Positions 58,077-64,000 of a stretch of DNA of 64,000 nucleotides are shown piece by piece. The notes under the pieces are model-generated. The model saw nothing but the letters and a program-made list of their open reading frames with translations, ran no database searches and was not told where the DNA came from. Source of the DNA: an uncultured Spirochaetota bacterium (GTDB lineage Bacteria > Spirochaetota > Spirochaetia > SZUA-6 > Fen-1364); contig CAVUXE010000029.1 of NCBI GenBank assembly GCA_963745235.1, positions 128,001 to 192,000 on the forward strand, written 5' to 3'. Position 1 is the stretch's first letter. The number at the start of each line of letters is the position of its first letter. A program made the translations under genes and the position numbers.

Positions 58077-59506
58077 CTGGCCACCCCCGGCATCTGGCTG
58101 ATCGCTGTCTGGGCAAGCTGCGCCGGCCACCCCACCAGGAAGCCGGCGGCAAGGGACAGAACGGCAAGGGCGACCACGCAGGCCACCATCAGGGAGGAGC
58201 CTTCCGCGGCCAGCTTCCCCCTGGTCTCGCCAAGGAACACGCGGCTGAACAGGCGGAAAAGGTACAGGATCGTGAGCACCGCCCCGACCATGAACACCGA
58301 GCTGGTGGCAATATGCCCGGCGCCGACGGCGGCGGAAACCACCATGTATTTGCCGAAGAAGCCGCCCAGGGGCGGGACCCCCATGACGGAGAATGCGCAC
58401 AGGAGGAACGCCACGGCGGTGACGGGCATCGTGCGGAAAAGCCCGCCCAGCTTCGTGATGTCCTTGGTGCCCGCGTTCTGCTCGACGATCCCCGCTGACA
58501 GGAAAAGGCCGGCCTTGGCGAGGCCGTGCATGAGGATGTACAGGAGCGCCCCCAGCGCGCCAAGCGCGCTCCCCGTGGCCAGGCCCAGGAAAATGAAGCC
58601 GATCTGGCTCACCGTTGAGTAGGCGACGATCCTCTTGAAGTCGGTGTCCACCAGCGCCGCCCCCGCGCTCACCAGGGCGCTGGCCGCCGCGATGATTGCG
58701 ACCGCGGTGCGCATGGACTCATCCAGGGCGAACGTTGCAAGGAACAGGCGCGCAAACACGTACACGCCGATCTTGACCAGGACCGCGGCGTGCAGCAGCG
58801 CCGTCACGGGGGATGGGGCGACGCCCGCGTCAGGAAGCCACGTATGGAAGGGGAGCGTGGCGGACTTGGAGAGCATTCCCACCAGGAGGAGCGCCGAAAT
58901 GGCCCAGGGAAGGGCCCTGCCTTTCAGCTGGTCCAGGTCGAAGGTGCCCGTGAGGCCGTTGACGGCAAGGATTCCCAGCAGCATGACCAGCGCGCCGAAC
59001 GCGGTGACCAGGAATGCCTTGTCCGCGCGCAGGACATCGGTCTTGCTGCGGTAGAAGCCGATGAGCCGCCAGCTCGCGATGCCGGTGATCTCCCAGAAGA
59101 CGTAGAGGAAGATGAGGTTCGCGGAGAAGATCAGCCCCATCATGGCGCCCAGGAAGAGCACGGCCATGAGGTAGTACTCGTCCTGGTTCTGGTAATGGCT
59201 GATGTAGTCCCAGGAGAAGAGGATGATGATGGCGCCCACCAGGGAAGAAACGAGGGCCATGAACACGGCAAGCGCGTCCGCCTCCAGGTGGAAGGACAGG
59301 CCCAGCGGTCCGTTCAGGAGGAAGGACGCCGTCTGGCCTGCCAGGGCCCCCGGCACCAGCGCAATGGACGCCGCCAGGGACACCAGCACGAACACCAGGG
59401 CAAGCAGGTTTCGCAGGCGCACGGATGCGAGGCCTGCAAGAGGCAGGAGGAACGCCCCGGCGAGCGGCACGATGACAGCGATGAGAGCCCAGAGTCCACT
59501 CTGCAT
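58073..59506 (-). CDS. MrpA/D (NuoL/M)-like antiporter subunit
   Basis: LYVFWE, KSATLPFHTWLPDA, KRIVAYSTVSQ, HGLAKAGLFL. Confidence 0.88.
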   Translation of the reverse strand: MQSGLWALIAVIVPLAGAFLLPLAGLASVRLRNLLALVFVLVSLAASIALVPGALAGQTASFLLNGPLGLSFHLEADALAVFMALVSSLVGAIIILFSWDYISHYQNQDEYYLMAVLFLGAMMGLIFSANLIFLYVFWEITGIASWRLIGFYRSKTDVLRADKAFLVTAFGALVMLLGILAVNGLTGTFDLDQLKGRALPWAISALLLVGMLSKSATLPFHTWLPDAGVAPSPVTALLHAAVLVKIGVYVFARLFLATFALDESMRTAVAIIAAASALVSAGAALVDTDFKRIVAYSTVSQIGFIFLGLATGSALGALGALLYILMHGLAKAGLFLSAGIVEQNAGTKDITKLGGLFRTMPVTAVAFLLCAFSVMGVPPLGGFFGKYMVVSAAVGAGHIATSSVFMVGAVLTILYLFRLFSRVFLGETRGKLAAEGSSLMVACVVALAVLSLAAGFLVGWPAQLAQTAISQMPGVAR

Positions 59507-59558
59507 ATATACTCCCAGGATTTACGAGTGTCTTTTTTTCTTCGAAACGGGGGGCCTG

Positions 59559-60299
59559 CTACTGCTGCTCGACAATGTCGATGTCGACCCGCCGGTTGTA
59601 CGACCTGCCTTCCGGCGTATCGTTGGACTGCACGGGTCGGGTGTCCCCGTACGCCGATTCGGAAAGCCGGTCTGACTGCACGCCGTAGTCCTCCAGGGCC
59701 TGGAGCACAGAGATGGCGCGCTCACCGGAGAGCTGCCAGTTCGAGACCCACTTTTTGGGATCAGGCGGAACATTATCCGTATGTCCTTCCACGATCACGG
59801 AGTTCGGAATCCTCGAAAGGAAGTCGCTCACTTCCTGGAGCACCGGCATCGCATCCGCCCCGAGATCTGCTGACCCGGAGCCGAAGTACAGGTCCGACGT
59901 GAGCGATATTGCGAACCCGCGGTCTGTTGGGATCACGCGCACTCTACCTGATTTCACGAGGTTCTGCAAGGAGGAAAGCGCCTGTGTGTGAAGGGTGGAT
60001 TGCCCCCCCGTTCCCTGTTTTTTCCCCGCGCCCCGGGACTCCACCTTCTGGCCCGATGTGACGCCCGGCAGGACGCCAGCTCCCCCGGTGGTGTTCTGGT
60101 CGAAGATCGTGAACTCCCCGCCGTTGAACACACTGGCCAGGGCCTGCGCAAGCTGCGTGTATTTAGCGGTGTCGACGTTGCTCATCGCGTACAGAATGAT
60201 GAAGAAAAGCATCAGGAGCGTGATCATGTCCGCATAGGTGAGAAGCCACCTATTCAGGTCTTCCTTGTGCTCCCTCTGGCGCCGTATCCTCCTGGCCAT
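59559..60299 (-). CDS. motB: Flagellar stator protein MotB
   Basis: WLLTYADMITLL (conserved Asp), EGHTD, NWQLSGERA, NRRVDI. Confidence 0.9.
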   Translation of the reverse strand: MARRIRRQREHKEDLNRWLLTYADMITLLMLFFIILYAMSNVDTAKYTQLAQALASVFNGGEFTIFDQNTTGGAGVLPGVTSGQKVESRGAGKKQGTGGQSTLHTQALSSLQNLVKSGRVRVIPTDRGFAISLTSDLYFGSGSADLGADAMPVLQEVSDFLSRIPNSVIVEGHTDNVPPDPKKWVSNWQLSGERAISVLQALEDYGVQSDRLSESAYGDTRPVQSNDTPEGRSYNRRVDIDIVEQQ

Positions 60300-60334
60300 C
60301 TGTCAATCCCTTCCACTGCCACTCAGCCGCGCGC

Positions 60335-61132
60335 CTAGTCGGCGCGCGTCTCGTCCAGGGCCTTCTTATCGCGTTCCTCGAGAAAGCCCTCTATCTTTTC
60401 TTTCACGAGCGCCGGACTCTCTCCCTGCTGGATGGAGCGCACGCCGACGATGATGAGCTGCTTCTCCAGCCGGAACTGTTTTACCTGATTCTTCAGCTTG
60501 TTGGCAATGGGCAGCCAGATGAGGTTCGCAAAGGATATGCCGTACAAGGTCGCAATGAAGGCAACGGCGATGGATCTGCCCAGCTCCTTCGTGTCCGCGC
60601 CCAGCCTTCCAAGAACGAGGACGAGGCCCATGACCGTTCCGATGATTCCCATGGTGGGGGAGAAGCCGCCCGCAGTCTCGAAGAGAGCCGCTTCCTCCAT
60701 CTTGCGCTGCTCCACGATGGCAAGATCGCTTTCCAGCACTTCCACGAGGATTTCTGATTCCGTCCCGTCCACGACCAGCCGCAGCCCCTTTCGGAGCGTC
60801 TCGTCCTCCAGGTCCTCGACCGTATCCTCGAGGCTGAGGATCCCGTCCCGCCGCGCCTTTTCTGCGAACTCAAGGAGCTGCTGGGCGAGCTGCGGCGAGG
60901 GACCGGGGACTCTGCGAAGGGACTGGCGGACAAGCCGGGGGATGCCGAGCACCTCTTTCAGGCTGTACGAGATCGTGCAGGCGCCCAGGGTGCCCAGCAC
61001 GATGATGATCAGGGCGCTGACACCGACAAGGCCCATCGGGTTTCCGCCCTCCAGGAGGAAGCCCAGGAGCAACCCCCCGAAACCCATGATGAGCCCGATT
61101 GCCGTCGATGTATCAGAACCTCTTCTGGCCAT
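60335..61132 (-). CDS. motA: Flagellar stator protein MotA
   Basis: EKARRDGILSLE, LVVDG, SPTMGIIGTVMGL, AFIATLYG. Confidence 0.92.
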   Translation of the reverse strand: MARRGSDTSTAIGLIMGFGGLLLGFLLEGGNPMGLVGVSALIIIVLGTLGACTISYSLKEVLGIPRLVRQSLRRVPGPSPQLAQQLLEFAEKARRDGILSLEDTVEDLEDETLRKGLRLVVDGTESEILVEVLESDLAIVEQRKMEEAALFETAGGFSPTMGIIGTVMGLVLVLGRLGADTKELGRSIAVAFIATLYGISFANLIWLPIANKLKNQVKQFRLEKQLIIVGVRSIQQGESPALVKEKIEGFLEERDKKALDETRAD

Positions 61133-61218
61133 CGAATACTCCTTGTCGCATTACAATTCTCCATTATAGAGAGTCGGAGAGTCCAACGCCATACATAAGG
61201 CAAAGCGTAAGGGGGGGG

Positions 61219-61533
61219 CTAGCTCTCCATCTGGATCAATGTGTCGAACTTTATCATCTTCAGGAGCTGTGCTATCTGCGGGCTGCATTTACGGATGGTG
61301 AGCTTGATGCCTTTCTGGTCGCACTGCGTGCGGAAGTGCAGGAGCTTCCCGATGGCGGAGGAGCTGAGGCTCTTCAGGCCCTCGAAGTTGAGGACAATTG
61401 CACCCTTGGCGCGCCCGAGGGCTTCCGCCAGCCTGGCGGCAAGCTCATCCATGTCTTCCCGGGCAAGGTGGCCCGTTGTCAGCACTTCAATCTCTCCTGA
61501 GGCCCCTTCTCTCACCTGGATCATGTCTGCCAC
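61219..61533 (-). CDS. STAS domain protein (anti-sigma antagonist-like)
   Basis: LNFEGLKSLSSSAIGKL. Confidence 0.75.
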   Translation of the reverse strand: MADMIQVREGASGEIEVLTTGHLAREDMDELAARLAEALGRAKGAIVLNFEGLKSLSSSAIGKLLHFRTQCDQKGIKLTIRKCSPQIAQLLKMIKFDTLIQMES

Positions 61534-61536
61534 CTC

Positions 61537-62910
61537 CTACAAGGCCTTCAGGAGATCCACGAAATACGGAAGGACCTGCTTTTTGCGGGAGAGGATGCCC
61601 TTCATCTCGAAGAGGTTCTCTTCCGCGCGGGGGTAGGAGATGGCGCCGAGCACGCGCGACTCACCCCGGCACAGGAGGAGGCTCGTCTCCCGAGAGACGT
61701 CGGTAATCATCAGGCCCGCGAACGAGCAGGCCTCTGCGGTGATGATCCCGTCCAGCACGTCCACCAGCCCGCCTTTCAGCGACAGTATCTGGCTGAAGCC
61801 GATGGTCTCGAACTGGCTGAGGCTGAAGCGCCTCTCCCCCTCGGTGAACACCTTCCGGTCCCTTTCAACGATCTTCTTCGCGTCCATGCCCTCCAGGGAG
61901 GACCCCGCGGCGAACATGGCGGCGCCATGCTTCTCGATGTCCACGCCGCTCAGGGCGGCGAGCCACGCGGCAAGCTCCCTGTCCAGGGGCGTCGTGGTGG
62001 GAGAGTGAAGGATGATGGTGTCAGACAGCATGGCGGAGAGCATGAGGCCGGCGTCCCGGGCGGTGGGGGCGGCCCCGGCTGTCCGGTAGAGGTCCGCGAT
62101 GATGGTGCAGGTCGAGCCGACCACCCGGTTGATGAACGTGATGGGAAGGCTCGTGGTGCGTGCCGCCAGCCGGTGGTGGTCGATGATTTCCTGGACGTCC
62201 GCCTCTTCGATCCCGTCCACCGCCTGTCCTGTCTCGTTGTGATCCACCATGACCACGCGCAGCCTGTTCTCCGCCAGGAAGTTCACCCGGGTGATCACCC
62301 CCGCGAGGCTCTTTTCCTCTCCCAGGATGATGAAGCCGCCTTCGTTGCTCTTGCCGATTGCGCGCTGCACGTCCTTGACCAAGGCGTCCGGCGAGAAGGT
62401 GGTGTGATCCCGTTCCACGAGCGCGCCGATTGTGCCGGCCAGGAGGTTTCTCTCCGTTTCGCCGATGGGCTCATCATCACGGCACCTCTTCACCAGGCCG
62501 CTCAGCACGGAGACGAGCCGCAGCGTGGTGAGCTTGCCGAGGCATTTGCCGTCCGGCCCGATGACGGGAAGGAACGAGAAGCGGTTCGCCGTGAGCAGGT
62601 CGCACGCCTTCTGCAGCGTGTCCTGCTCCTTCAGGGCTATCAGGTCCTCCCGGGGGATCATGATGTCCTCGATGCGCGAGCGCACATCCGTGACCAGCGG
62701 AGGGGCGTCCGTCTCGAAGCGCGAGAGGACGAACTGGGTCTGCGGGTTGACGTTTCCGGCGCGCCGCGCAATGGCCTCCTCGTGAAGCACCTCGGTCTTC
62801 AGCCGGGCATACACGAGGGCCGCGCAAATGGAGTCGGTGTCCGGGTTCTTATGCCCGACGACGATGAGAGGTTTCTGGCTTCGGGGCATCGCTTTCCTCG
62901 TGGCGACCAT
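61537..62910 (-). CDS. ppaC: Mn-dependent family II inorganic pyrophosphatase with CBS insert
   Basis: GHKNPDTDS, VDHNE, IDHHR, VGSTCT, SDT, SRKKQ; CBS-like pair inserted. Confidence 0.9.
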   Translation of the reverse strand: MVATRKAMPRSQKPLIVVGHKNPDTDSICAALVYARLKTEVLHEEAIARRAGNVNPQTQFVLSRFETDAPPLVTDVRSRIEDIMIPREDLIALKEQDTLQKACDLLTANRFSFLPVIGPDGKCLGKLTTLRLVSVLSGLVKRCRDDEPIGETERNLLAGTIGALVERDHTTFSPDALVKDVQRAIGKSNEGGFIILGEEKSLAGVITRVNFLAENRLRVVMVDHNETGQAVDGIEEADVQEIIDHHRLAARTTSLPITFINRVVGSTCTIIADLYRTAGAAPTARDAGLMLSAMLSDTIILHSPTTTPLDRELAAWLAALSGVDIEKHGAAMFAAGSSLEGMDAKKIVERDRKVFTEGERRFSLSQFETIGFSQILSLKGGLVDVLDGIITAEACSFAGLMITDVSRETSLLLCRGESRVLGAISYPRAEENLFEMKGILSRKKQVLPYFVDLLKAL

Positions 62911-64000
62911 TCCTTTGTACCGAGCTCGTGTACTGCGAAAGGGCAGTGGACAGGATCTTCACGGATTCCTCGATCTTGCTCTGCTCCAGGACGTATGCAA
63001 TGCGCACCTCGTTGCGTCCGAGATCCGGCGTGTGGTAAAAGCCGGCTCCCGGGGTCAGCATGACCGTCTTCCCCCCGAGGGAGAAATCCGCAAGGAGGAA
63101 GCGGCAGAAATCCTCCGCATCCGTCACGGGAAGCCGGGCCATGAGATAGAAGGCGCCGTCAGGCACGTTGAACTGAACGCCGGGGATGGCTCGAAGCCCG
63201 GCAACCAGGGCGTCCCGGCGTCGGCGGTACTCATCCTTGATGGGAATGAAATACGAGGGATCCATCCGGTAGGCGGCGTCCGCCGCCAGCTGCCCGACGG
63301 TGGGGGGACACAACCGCGCCTGCGCAAACTTGTCCACCAGCTCCATCACCCCGGTGTTGAAGGAAACGATGCACCCCACGCGCGCGCCGCAGGAGGAGAA
63401 GCGCTTGGATACGGAGTCAATCAGGATGGCGTGCTGTTCGAAGCCCGGAAGGCCGAGCACCGATGTGAACTGAACGTGCTCGTCATAGATGAACTCCCGG
63501 TAGACTTCGTCCGCAATGAGGTACAACCCGTATCTCTCGCACAGCTCACGCAGGGTATCCATTTCCTTTCGGTCGTAGATGATCCCGGTGGGGTTCTCCG
63601 GAGAGATGTAGAGGATGGCTTTCGTTCGCGGCGTTATGAAACGCGCAATTTCTTCCCGCGACGGGAGGGCGAACGCATTGTCGAGGGAAGACGGAATGGG
63701 CACCACCTTTGCGGAAATCATTGCGGCAAATGCGATGTAGTTTGCGTAGAACGGCTCACGGACCAGGATTTCGTCTCCCGGATCGCAGAGGGCGGAGAGC
63801 GCGAAGAATATCGCCTCAGACCCTCCGACTGTGACCGCGACTTCCTGGGCGGTCACGGGGTGGCCGTAGCGCTGATAGTAGCCGGCGATGGACTGGCGGA
63901 GCTGGGGGATCCCGAGAGACGGGCTGTACGCAAGCACCTCCGCGTTGAAGCTCCTGTACGCGTCTATCACGGGCCGGGGCGTCCTGATGTCCGGCTGCCC
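62849..64000 (-). CDS. PLP-dependent class I/II aminotransferase, 5' end beyond the window
   Basis: GGSEA, PENPTG, ADEVY, DSVSKRFSSCGARVG, PDGAFY. Confidence 0.88.
   Translation of the reverse strand, partial: GQPDIRTPRPVIDAYRSFNAEVLAYSPSLGIPQLRQSIAGYYQRYGHPVTAQEVAVTVGGSEAIFFALSALCDPGDEILVREPFYANYIAFAAMISAKVVPIPSSLDNAFALPSREEIARFITPRTKAILYISPENPTGIIYDRKEMDTLRELCERYGLYLIADEVYREFIYDEHVQFTSVLGLPGFEQHAILIDSVSKRFSSCGARVGCIVSFNTGVMELVDKFAQARLCPPTVGQLAADAAYRMDPSYFIPIKDEYRRRRDALVAGLRAIPGVQFNVPDGAFYLMARLPVTDAEDFCRFLLADFSLGGKTVMLTPGAGFYHTPDLGRNEVRIAYVLEQSKIEESVKILSTALSQYTSSVQRNGRHEESDAPKPETSHRRRA

Noticed and set aside
51496-59506. NADH dehydrogenase (nuo) or Mbx/Ehr-type non-hydrogenase complex
   Set aside because: The large subunit keeps both CxxC Ni-binding motifs and a maturation protease is encoded; there is no NuoEFG.
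59559-61132. motAB as a Zorya (ZorAB) anti-phage system
   Set aside because: MotA is 265 aa with no long ZorA tail, has flagellar-type motifs, and no zorC/D/E is adjacent.

Overview
High-GC bacterial chromosomal segment, most consistent with an anaerobic Spirochaetia-like genome (inferred from gene content only). The assembly has many single-base indels that split otherwise intact genes (dnaJ, pyk, EamA, gdh, PEP-binding protein, ArsB/NhaD, pydC, one Mrp-like subunit). Order: dnaK end, dnaJ-like, pyk, EamA, mannitol-dehydrogenase-like; an ECF sigma / anti-sigma / exported caspase-like triad with a divergent exported-protein gene; xylB; psuK-psuG; gdh plus a dikinase-N-like protein; a complete reductive pyrimidine catabolism cluster; pirin; an ECF42-YciI module; Lia-like envelope genes; hppA; a 12-gene complex-I-like group 4 [NiFe]-hydrogenase operon; stand-alone motAB; STAS; CBS-PPase; and a partial aminotransferase. 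I found no rRNA, tRNA, CRISPR array or transposase. Best candidates for new biology: (1) the ECF/anti-sigma/caspase module, with a shared T-R-x-K-G motif in protease and anti-sigma and a symmetric AACAC-N15-GTGTCAC-N15-GTGTT element that looks like two ECF promoters sharing one -35; (2) structured 5' leaders in front of hppA (Na+-riboswitch-like), preT and the NCS1 transporter; (3) the hydrogenase operon directly downstream of motAB. All calls were made by eye, without database searches.
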